A stretch of 44,659 nucleotides of DNA, filler included, from Basidiobolus meristosporus CBS 931.73 (Eukaryota > Fungi > Basidiobolomycota): assembly GCA_002104905.1 (NCBI GenBank). It is 3 parts of 3 records of this genome, joined end to end, with 100 filler letters (N's around TTAATTAATTAA, not from the genome) between each part and the next. Parts side by side here need not be neighbours in the genome. Positions count along the whole stretch, not along the records: positions 33,869 to 44,659 come from MCFE01001296.1; 2 more parts are not named here. The stretch is one strand, 5' to 3'. The notes beneath the pieces were generated by a model, which was not told the DNA's origin, ran no database searches, and was given only the letters and a program-made list of their open reading frames with translations. The position numbers and the translations under genes are program-made. The stretch's first letter is position 1, and the number at the start of each line of letters is the position of its first letter. Shown here one piece after another: positions 35,017 through 44,403 of this stretch.

Positions 35017-35592
35017 ATGCCAAACTATCTCCCTGTCCCACCAATATCCCAAATCCGCCCCTCGACAGCGGTTTCAATAATCTTAAAACAAGACCAAAGA
35101 ACTGGCCGCCAAGTTACTGGTTATGTTGGCCAAATCCTCACCCGCGGAGACCACCCACGCGGCGTTAAAGTCCGCCTACAGGATGGTCGAGTAGGCCGAG
35201 TCCAAGCCATTATCTCGCCTGATTTAGTCAAGGACCCTTCCTTTTCAGCCACTGCTGGCGAAGGCGGCTCCTCACAGCAAATTGCAGTTGATGGTGGTAA
35301 TGGAGGGGCTAGATGGGCGAACAGAAGATCTGGAATGGAAAGACGGTCAAAAGGTGGCGATAGGCACGCAATTTTAGAACTACCGGCTGAGCCGCAGCGG
35401 GAGTATGATTTATCTGCTTTCATAAAGGAGAAGAAGGGAAAGTCTAGGGGTCGAAAGGGTGACGAGATTGCGAGGGACGAAGTATCGGAGACTAGGAAGG
35501 AGGAGAATATTCTTTGTTGTCCCGTTTGTGGGTTATTCACAGGAGATGAGAGGGCTGTGGAATGGCATGTTGGAACTCATTTCGATGCTTGA
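35017..35592 (+). CDS. YwbE/DUF2196-family protein with C-terminal C2H2/UBZ-like zinc finger (191 aa)
   Basis: VSIILKQDQRTGRQVTGYVGQILTRGDHPRGVKVRLQDGRVGRVQ matches the YwbE pattern; CPVCG...HVGTH at the C-terminus; intact frame with CpGs retained. Confidence 0.85.
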   Translation: MPNYLPVPPISQIRPSTAVSIILKQDQRTGRQVTGYVGQILTRGDHPRGVKVRLQDGRVGRVQAIISPDLVKDPSFSATAGEGGSSQQIAVDGGNGGARWANRRSGMERRSKGGDRHAILELPAEPQREYDLSAFIKEKKGKSRGRKGDEIARDEVSETRKEENILCCPVCGLFTGDERAVEWHVGTHFDA

Positions 35593-35843
35593 GGAGGCTA
35601 GGTGTTGGCTCAAACTGCCCTTGATAGACGAGCTTCATGTATATACTTCAGCATTGTATATATCAGATCATGTGTTCTTCACATTTCGCCATTCCCAGCA
35701 GCTTTTTGATCAGTTGAATAAATATTTAATTTCACAGCAAAAATACCAAATATACTGGGCTACTATCTTTGTATATGTTTGACCTGGGCTGCTAACAAAT
35801 CATACTGTAAATATTTCAAATTCTGAATTTTCTTGGTGCTTTC

Positions 35844-36176
35844 TGTTGTAAAAATTCGTAATTTCCACCTAAATATTCACCTAACTTAGTCACTTAGATC
35901 ATCACCTTCAAATCCTAGAGAATACTGACCAAATTCCTTGTTGGGATTTACTTAGAATATATACCCAGAACATGAAAATTAGATAAGTTGTCCAAACAGC
36001 TCCAAACTTTGCACACATGTTCTTGGGACCTTCCTTAACCTATTCTACGTGCTTGTTATGCCAAGACCAGGTAAAAGTATAAATAATACTTTTACATTCA
36101 ATAAATCATTAAGTGAAAACCACATAATCTACTTGTCCTCCTAATCACTTCTAATATCTCCAAGACTCTTACAACA
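35844..36176 (+). repeat. Copia-family LTR (333 bp)
   Basis: TGTTG...CAACA; reverse-strand homologue of 40616-40964. Confidence 0.8.
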
Positions 36177-36180
36177 CAAA

Positions 36181-38215
36181 AGACCCCAAGTTTTGCACAC
36201 ATAATCTTGGGACCTTCTTTAACAAACTTTACACATTTGTTTTCTATACTTTATCAAAAGTATAAATACCATACTTTTGATCAATAAATCTACAAGTGAA
36301 TAACATGTAAATCCTCTAGTTCTCCACATCACTTCCAGTACTCCTCAGAATATTGCAACAGGCTATGAGCCCCTAGCTTGCTGTCCTCTTGGGGTCTACT
36401 TTGCTTTGGATCCTTTTCTGCTAGTCTGGAAAAAGACTTTCTGCACTATTGCTCTGCCAATGTTAAAGAAAACTACTGCTGCTACAGGACTATGTTTATG
36501 AGGATATTGCTGTGGAGAAGAAGGCCTTGCCTTCAAAAGATGCCTTCAGTAACTTCTCAAGTTAGTTATGAAGAAGAGTCAATGAAACTGGCATAATTCC
36601 AGCAATTGAGGGTCCAGATCTACAATGAAATATACTCCAATATGTATTCATATAACCCCAATTGACTGTTAGACAAGTTTTGGATAGGATACTATCCTGA
36701 ATTGCAAAAGAAAATTTAGATCATAATTGAATGATTGCCGGAGGAGGATTTTACCAAAATCTGTTGCCACTCAAAATACAGCTGAGAATGCAAATACTGG
36801 AGCTGTTAACCGCCATTCTGGACTATCTATTGATAGAAAAAGCTCTCAGAAACAAGCTCCCTGAATTGTAAGGATCCCAACGATACATAATACATACATA
36901 TCCACTGGAGTACGGATATGTACTTCACAATCCATTGGAAGAATGCCATAATTGTATCAGATGTTTTGATACTGAGACCAGTGTACCAGGAGCTAAATAT
37001 GGAGCTGTTAGACGTGCTATCACTCTGTTCAAGTCCCAAAACAGTGGGAGAAAGTATTATACAAATTTAGCAAAATCAACTCAAGAAGATTCTACCACCA
37101 GCCAAAAGAGTGAAGCATATAATTGCAAGCCTGATTGGAGTATACAACCAAGCAACAGTTGGTCAGTACCCAGCTAAGAGCCACTCAGAAGATAGCATAG
37201 TACTTTATACTTGTTAGATATATATCACTTTTTACAGTGGGAGAAAACACTTGGTGATATTTAACTTCTCTGGATCAGATCAAAGAATTTTGATTGATCA
37301 AATCACTGCCAAGCTCTGCAACTCAAGATACTGATATATTGGAATCTGATACCAAAGTATTGATGAAGCTAGCTATCAGGTGCAGTTTATTTGATCAAAT
37401 TTGGTCAACTCTATCAAAAGTTATGACTGATCTAAGTGGATGCCAATTTTTGATTATTTCACTCTCAAATAGTCAGATTTTCTGGAACAATGATGCCATG
37501 GAGACTCTTGCGCCCAAAAACACTGTGGTCCCACCTGCAAGGAAGTTCAGAACCACCCAACAAAAGGAATTATCCCTGGGTCATCAGCAGAAAATCAAAA
37601 GAAGAAAAAATGGAAAATACTAATACCAGAAACTAGGTTACTTCCCAAATGGAGCCAAAACTTATATAGGCCATATCTGGACTATCTGGCAATGCAGATA
37701 TGTTCTATGGAGCCTCTTGTACAAAGTTCTCAAGCCAGAAACCCCAGAAGAGCCTTGAATCTTCAACAGGATTTGTCAGATATTGTAGTAGATATTGGAA
37801 CACATGATTTTATGCAGAAGTCTTGATGTCTGCTGTCTATAGAGCTGAAAGAAAAAGGTGCAAGGTTCAACCAGATGGTCTTTATGGATTCTGATGACAC
37901 TGAGAAGACTTGTCAGCCTTTGAAGCCAAGCTCAAGGCTGCAAATAATTATCAGGAGAATAAGGATAATCAAAGCCCTTGTTAAGGAGAATCTCACTTCT
38001 GGAAAAGTGCCAATCTCTATTCTACAAGTATATTCTGATAAGACAAAAGCAGCTGTATCAATCCAAATCAGTAGAAGCACTCTAAGAATAGCTACCAAAC
38101 AACCTGTGGTGTTGTCTAATACCAAACTGGGTAAATCAAGAAGCAAATGAACTTTGAATCTACCGCAAATGAAGTAATCAGTCCAAAGAAAGTTATTGCT
38201 ACTTAAAGAAGACAA
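36181..38215 (+). mobile_element. Older Copia remnant: partial 5' LTR (to 36360), PBS GGCTATGAGCCC (36361-36372), decayed internal region
   Basis: LTR 3' half ending GCAACA, followed by an internal tRNAi-Met-type PBS; downstream coding potential heavily degraded. Confidence 0.6.
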
Positions 38216-38229
38216 AGATGACCATTCTA

Positions 38230-38636
38230 GATCATTTTTGTGGATCTATATTTGATTATTAGCCCTAAAGTAAGATTGATACAAAGTACTATAGTGCCAG
38301 ATAGTACCAGTGGACCAAGATAGTGCCATGCACTTTTGTGACATGTTACAAGCCACAGGAGCTAGATTCAGAGTGCCATGGGTACTGAGTATCAGATGCA
38401 CATCTTCAACTTTTTTGTGCACTTACACATCCTGCACAACATTGATCCACAAAAAAATGTCAAAAAATGGATTTTCTCCAGCTTCATAGGTGAAACTCAG
38501 GGGCTGCTTTGCATGAAGGTGCAGAGCTATGTATCACACTCTGTAGCCAAGTATAGCCTCACTTGGACTCTCTGGCACACTATGGCATCATTTGGCGTGC
38601 ATGGCTAAATGTGGCACTATCCAACAGAAGAAGTCT
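38230..38636. mobile_element. Foldback element copy 3 (spacer and right arm)
   Basis: Ends GGCACTATCCAACAGAAGAAGTCT; collinear with about 24230-24613. Confidence 0.8.
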
Positions 38637-38638
38637 AA

Positions 38639-38698
38639 TAACATGTATATCCTGCAGTTCTCCACATCACTTCCAATACTCCTCAGAATATTGCAACA
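38639..38698 (+). repeat. 3' end of a Copia LTR
   Basis: Near-identical to 36301-36360. Confidence 0.75.
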
Positions 38699-39960
38699 GA
38701 TCAGTGGGTTGTTGTGGTGGTGGAGTCTGAGATACAGTCTGGTTCTAAGGTAGAGAAGTTTGATCTTGTAGGGCATAAAGCTAAAAGCACCAAGAATAGC
38801 ATGTCTGTAAGGGCATTCAGGTAAATGAGGTGTCAAGGAGGTAATGATCCAGACTGCAAACTTGTCAAGACTAGTGCAGTTTCTTTAAGTAACAGATAGA
38901 TGTGGTGAGCCAAATTCCAAGACAGGGAAGATAATCTGCTTGAGTAGAAGGAGGCAGCTGGTAGCTGAAGTTGTAGGAGGAGAAACAGCAAGAAGCTTGT
39001 GGAGTGCTTGTCTTGCCAGGATGAGTCTCTTCTTCAGTTGTGCTCCAGAATCTTGTCCAGTTGGAAGGAGTGAAAAGCCAAAATATGTAGCAAAAACCTG
39101 AGCAGGTATAATAGAGTTCTCTATGTAGATAGGTCTACCCACAAGTACTGTCTTTGCAATGGAAAGCTGGAGATTATTCTTCTGCAGATACTGGTGGATG
39201 GTCTGGAAGTCTTGCTGGACAATGGAGGGGGATATTCTGATATCATCAGCAAAGAGGGTAGCCAGATAGTCAACTGGCAGTCTTTGGAAGTCATTCAGGA
39301 AGATGGCAAACAGTATAGGACCAAGTACAGGGCCTTGAACTACTACATTAGGAACTGAGAATATAGCTGATTGCTCACTTGGATACAGAATTCTTGCTTG
39401 TGGATCCACAAATAAAGACCTGACAAGGAGGGTGAGAGAAGTACTGGAGAAGCATTGTAGCTTAGACCAAAGCAGATATCTGTCAACTGAATCAAACTTG
39501 AGAGAGTCAGAGTAGAGCTCCTGAGCAATCAGAAGCTTAAACACCTTTCTGCAGGTAGGCAACAGAGATATTGGCCTACAGGAGCTGGGATCCATGAGCT
39601 TTCCTTTACCCTCATACAGAGGCAGAACATTGGCAAAGGACCATTCCTTGGGAGTAGAGTGCTAGGCTGAATATTGCTGAAATAGTGGAAACAGAAGTGC
39701 AGACATGGCCTTGGTGCAAATCTTGAGAAGCTCATAGGATATTGTGTCCACATCTGGGGCAGTTGAGCTGGGAAGCCTTTGGAGCATGTTCTGGATTCTG
39801 TCTTGATTGAGTGCAAGTGGGGGTGGGAGAGTCTTGAAATCAGGATGAAGGCCAGGAGTTGAGTACTGCATTGTAGAGAAGAAGATGTTAGCCAGCTGTT
39901 CTGTTGAGGGTAACTTTCTTGAAGAGGACCTCATTGCCCTGCAGAGTCTTGACACTGTTC
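38699..39960 (-). pseudogene. Degenerate LINE RT (same family as 41784-43204), with domain 0 and an internal deletion
   Basis: LPSSTAPDVDTISYELLK, DPSSCRPISLL, VVQGPVLGPILFAIFLND, LFADD. Confidence 0.88.
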
Positions 39961-40386
39961 TTATTACCCTAACAGATATTTTTGAGGTAATCCTGTGTGA
40001 AGGCCATCAGAAAATTGGAGCAATCTTACTTGGCGTAGGAGTGTAATTTGATTCCTGTTGGAATGCTGTCACCTTTTCTTACTACCGCATCTAATCCACC
40101 TGTTTTCACTTTTTTTTTGCTTCAATTTGATCATGGTTTTTGCTATTTGTCACATGTTTACTTAACACTATTTGATCATAGATCATGTATGTGTGTGGTG
40201 AGTTATTTCTTTATTTATTGGCTTATTTTTTGCAGATCCTGAGCCAGTCCTCTATATTCATTTGTACATCTTATATATAGAGATGTACCCTATATTTAAT
40301 GCATTTCCTACCTCACACTTCACCATCATTTCTAGCATAATCCACCACTCTACAAGTCTGGTTAAGTTGACATTTTTCTTCCACTT

Positions 40387-40615
40387 CCCTAAGAGAAAAA
40401 ATAACAAAAGGCCAGCAGAATTCCATCACAATATCAGCTGAATTCCAAGGTTGTCAAAACTGGCAACTCTCAATATCTCAGGTACTAGATGTTGGGCAGA
40501 CAAGCAGACATATTTTCCAAGTGAAGACTAGGCCAACTAAAATTCATACCCAACTTGGTAGTCAGCTGCCTGCTACCCAGCTCAAAAATTCCAACTGAAA
40601 ATTTGAAGAAAAAAC
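40387..40615. repeat. Left part of the CCCTA MITE family, cut by a Copia LTR
   Basis: CCCTAAGAGAAAAAA start; aligns with 3012-3200. Confidence 0.65.
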
Positions 40616-40964
40616 TGTTGTAAGAGTCTTGGAGACATTGGAAGTGATATGGAGAAAAAGTAGATTATGTGGTTTTCACTTAATGATTTATTGAATGTAA
40701 AAGTAGTATTTATACTCTTAAGTGGTCTTGGCATAACAAACACGTAGAATAGGTTAAGGAAGGTCCCAAGAACATATGTGCAAAGTTTGGGGCAGTTTGG
40801 AAAACTTTGAGAATTTTCATGTTCTGGGTACCTGATACTCTGGTGAAAATATTCCAAGTAAATCCCAACAAGGAATTTGGTCAGTATCCACTGAGACTTT
40901 GTAGGTAATGATCTAAGTGGCTAAGTTAGGTGATTATTTAGGTGGAATTGCAAATTTTACAACA
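40616..40964 (-). repeat. Copia-family solo LTR (349 bp)
   Basis: TGTTG...CAACA; homologous to 22902-23250; no TSD seen. Confidence 0.8.
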
Positions 40965-41342
40965 TTTTTCACTCCTTACTTCCTGACTCAATTGATGCTC
41001 TTACTTTTCATGAATACAAATTGGTTTATTTCCTTTCCATTTTCAGTTGTAACTCAATATCAAATTGTACAAACCTATGGAGGTCCCTATTCCCAACACT
41101 CACATTAAGCCACACCGCACACTCAATAAGTAACCCCATTCAAATCAACTATTCAATAAGTATATCTGCCAAAATGCCCATTTTCCATGACTTTGGCAGG
41201 AACCTCACAGCTTTATGCCATTGTTCATTCACTGGTTCCCCTACATCCTGGTCTTCAGCTGGCACTACAAGGTCTAGTACCTCATCTGCTAGTCTTTGCA
41301 ATAAATCCTTGCAATATTCAAGTGCATTTTCATTTTGAGTAG
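40965..41342 (-). repeat. CACTA fragment (reverse copy of about 16835-17205)
   Basis: caataaatccttgcaatattcaagtgcattttc is the reverse complement of the ENALEYCKNLLQ-coding segment. Confidence 0.75.
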
Positions 41343-41783
41343 CAAAGTTAGTAGGATAACTAGGTGTAGTTTGATTATTATATCAGATCAATGTAGTGGC
41401 AACAAACGGGCCAGCATATTATCAGATATTTCAACGCATGATGAAAAACTTGCCAATGCCTCATTCAAGTTGTTTGTCCTATCATCATCAAAAGCCATGG
41501 TCCAATCAAAACGTCTAAACATACCGTGGTCCTAGATCAGGGTTTTAAAGAAACTTCCAATATGGTTTACAATTGGTAACAGTGGCACAAGCCATCCGAG
41601 TGATTGCCCATTTGAGAAGGCATTCGAGCAATTACTCCTTTTTAGCTTACACAGAAAACCAAGAAAGCATGCAGGAGGCTGGGACATAGATAAGAACATG
41701 CGTTACATAACAAGTAATGCTGGTAATGACGGGCCCTACTTTAGCAGGTGTCTTAGGTTCTTTCAGGGCAAGTCACTTCTGAA

Positions 41784-43204
41784 AGGGTTAGGGTAGGGTT
41801 AGGGTTAGGGGGGAAACAGTCACCAACAGGTGAAATCTTTATTTCAGTTGAAACAAAGAAGCCAGTGCTACTGTTGTAGCTTTGATACAAGAGTGTGTAG
41901 CTGAGGGGAATTTGTAGGTAAGTTAATAAGAAGTGATGATAGTTCTTCAGTGCTCAAGACACTGTTCAGTGGGAAGGGGGGTAGCAAGAGAGGTAAGAAT
42001 GACTTGTGAACAACATTAATGAGGGGAATGTGATAAGGATTGATATTCATCATAAAGGGAGTGTGCTGCTGCAGATATTGCTGCCAAAGGTCTGTCAAGT
42101 ACTTCAGGTAGGCCAGCTTGGGTTTTTCTGACTGCAGAATATAGTGAGCAAACTTCTTGACTTCAGGATCTCCAAGTATAGTTCTCCAGCAGGATCCAGG
42201 TGTTGTGTGGTGTGTTCTCTTCCAGGCCTTAATCAGTGGGTTGTTGCAGTTGTGAAGTCTGAGGTATAATCTGGTTCTAAGGTAGAGAAGTCTGAACTTA
42301 TAGGGCATAAACCCAAAAGCACCAAGAATAGCATGTCTGTAGGGGCATTCAGGCAAATGAGGCACCAAGGAGGTAATGCACCATACTGCAAACTTGTCAA
42401 GCTTAGTGCAGTCTCTAGAAGTAAGAGAGAGAAGTGGTAAGCCAAATTCCAGGACAGGGAAGACAAACTGCTTGAGTAGAAGGAGGCAGCTGGGAGCTGA
42501 AGTTGTAGGAGGAGTAACAGCCAGTAGCTTGTGGAGTGCCTGTCTTGCCAGGATAATTCTCTTCTTCAGGTGTGCTCCAGAGTCTAGTCCAGTAGGAAGG
42601 AAAGGAAAGCCAAGATATGTAGCAGAAACCTGAGCAGGTAGAGTGGAGTTCTCCAAGTTGATGGGAGAGCCCAAAGGTACTGTCTTTGCAATGGAAAGCT
42701 GGAGATTATTCTTCTGCAGATACTGGTGGATGGTCTGGGAGTCTTGTTGCACATTGGAGGAGGATATTCTGATGTCATCAGCAAAGAGAGTAACCAGGCA
42801 GTCAGCTGAGAGTCTTGGGAAATCATTCAGGAAGATGGCAAACAGTATAGGACCAAGCACAGAGCCTTGGACCACTCCATTAAGAACTGAGAACACAGCT
42901 GATTGCTCACTTGGGTGCAGAATTCTTGCTTGTGGATCCAGAAACAGAGACCTGACAAGGAGGGTGAGAGAGGTACTGGAGAAGCATTGCAACTTGGACC
43001 AAAGCAGATTTCTGTCAACTGAATCAAAGGCCTTAGTAATATCAAACAGAACAGAGGGATACTTGCACTGGAGAGAGTGATCATGGCTAAGTATAACTGC
43101 ATATTCCAAGGAGAGGCCAGGAACAAAGCCAAACTGTGCAGGATGAAACTTGAGGGAGTCAGAGTAGAGCTCCTGAGCAAGCAGAAGCTCAAACACCTTT
43201 CTGC
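41784..43204 (-). mobile_element. 5'-truncated LINE (copy A1) with telomere-type 3' tail
   Basis: RT ORF, short 3' UTR with AATAAA and stem-loop, tail reading AGGGTTAGGGTAGGGTTAGGGTTAGGGGGG on the plus strand (41784-41813). Confidence 0.9.
41868..43196 (-). CDS. Non-LTR retrotransposon reverse transcriptase, C-terminal part (open frame, N-terminus truncated)
   Basis: QFGF, DITKAFDSV, GVVQGSVLGPILF, FADD, YLGF, LKQFVFPVLEFGL; no C-terminal restriction-like endonuclease or CCHC motif seen. Confidence 0.92.
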   Translation of the reverse strand: MFELLLAQELYSDSLKFHPAQFGFVPGLSLEYAVILSHDHSLQCKYPSVLFDITKAFDSVDRNLLWSKLQCFSSTSLTLLVRSLFLDPQARILHPSEQSAVFSVLNGVVQGSVLGPILFAIFLNDFPRLSADCLVTLFADDIRISSSNVQQDSQTIHQYLQKNNLQLSIAKTVPLGSPINLENSTLPAQVSATYLGFPFLPTGLDSGAHLKKRIILARQALHKLLAVTPPTTSAPSCLLLLKQFVFPVLEFGLPLLSLTSRDCTKLDKFAVWCITSLVPHLPECPYRHAILGAFGFMPYKFRLLYLRTRLYLRLHNCNNPLIKAWKRTHHTTPGSCWRTILGDPEVKKFAHYILQSEKPKLAYLKYLTDLWQQYLQQHTPFMMNINPYHIPLINVVHKSFLPLLLPPFPLNSVLSTEELSSLLINLPTNSPQLHTLVSKLQQ

Positions 43205-43874
43205 AGGGTTAGGGGGGGGGGAGACAGTCACCAACAGGTGAAATCTTTATTTCAGTTGAAACAAAGAAGCCAGCGCTACTGTTGTAGCTTTGATACAAGA
43301 GTGTGTAGCTGAGGGGAATTTGTAGGTAAGTTAATAAGAAGTGATGATAGTTCTTCAGTGCTCAAGACACTGTTCAGTGGGAAGGGGGGTAGCAAGAGAG
43401 GTAAGAATGACTTGTGAACAACATTAATGAGGGGAATGTGATAAGGATTGATATTCATCATAAAGGGAGTGTGCTGCTGCAGATATATCTGCCAAAGGTC
43501 TGTCAAGTACTTCAGGTAGGCCAGCTTGGGTTTTTCTGACTGCAGAATATAGTGAGCAAACTTCTTGACTTCAGGATCTCCAAGTATAGTTCTCCAGCAG
43601 GAGCCAGGTGTTGTGTGGTGTGTTCTCTTCCAGGCCTTAATCAGTGGGTTGTTGCAGTTGTGAAGTCTGAGGTATAATCTGGTTCTAAGGTAGAGAAGTC
43701 TGATCTTATAGGGCATAAACCCAAAAGCACCAAGAATAGCATGTCTGTAGGGGCATTCAGGCAAATGAGGCACCAAGGAGGTAATGCACCATACTGCAAA
43801 CTTGTCAAGCTTAGTGCAGTCTCTAGAAGTAAGAGAGAGAAGTGGTAAGCCAAATTCCAGGACAGGGAAGACAA
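43205..43874 (-). mobile_element. 5'-truncated LINE (copy A2), near-identical to the 3' part of A1
   Basis: About six differences in about 660 bp by eye; tail AGGGTTAGGGGGGGGGG. Confidence 0.88.
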
Positions 43875-44403
43875 AGGGTTAGGGGGGGAGGAAAGTCACC
43901 AAGTGGTGAAATCTTTATTTACTTATGACAAGTATCTAAAGAAGCCAAGTTAATCTGAAGTTATTCCTAGAAAGCTAGGTCTGAGAGATATCTTCCTGGT
44001 AAGCCAGGTCTAAGAGTTGAGAGGCTGAGTGGTACTATATTTCCTAGTTAGCTAGGTCTGAGAGAGGTTTCCTGGAAAGCCAGGCCTGAGAAGTGAGAAT
44101 CTGAATATATCTGAGCTAAGTTATACTGGTTTGCGGTAGCTGAATTGTGGCCGGAATGGCCAGTAGACTGGGGGAACTGAGAGGAATATCTGGGCGATCA
44201 CTGGCCAAATTTACTAGGCAAATCTGACCAATTAGCATTTCAAGGATTTCAGCCAATCAGAGCCTTTACTTTGCCCGATGGTTGATCAAGCCATCTCCCA
44301 ATGAGCACACATCAATTTATTGATCAAATTTTGCTGGATCCAGGATTTGAACCCACAACCATGGGTATGGAAGGGTTAGGGATAACCACAAGGCTAAGTG
44401 TTC
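43875..44403 (-). mobile_element. Candidate tRNA-derived SINE sharing the LINE 3' end
   Basis: A box TAGCCTTGTGG (44396-44386) and B box GGTTCAAATCC (44353-44343) at tRNA-like spacing; non-coding body with no sense-strand TTTT; LINE-type 3' module and CCCTAA tail. Confidence 0.7.

Noticed and set aside
35121-35540. 139-aa minus-strand ORF, and similar shadow ORFs such as 11024-11212, 13146-13454, 20264-20452, 31179-31454 and 42643-43080
   Set aside because: Antisense or alternative-frame shadows of recognisable coding sequences, with no motifs
33869-35700. Bacterial contamination suggested by YwbE and normal CpG content
   Set aside because: The tRNA lacks encoded CCA and has a Pol III T-run, spliceosomal intron signals are present, and the contig continues into the same fungal-type LTR repeats
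41784-41813. A true chromosome telomere or fusion site
   Set aside because: Only about four units, internal, and tied to the LINE 3' module that recurs three more times
41868-43196. Penelope-like (Coprina/Athena) or telomerase RT
   Set aside because: RPISLL, QFGF, AFDSV, QGSVLGP and FADD motifs are LINE-type
43966-44084. CRISPR-like array
   Set aside because: Only four short hairpins from one duplication, no unique spacers, no cas genes, eukaryotic context
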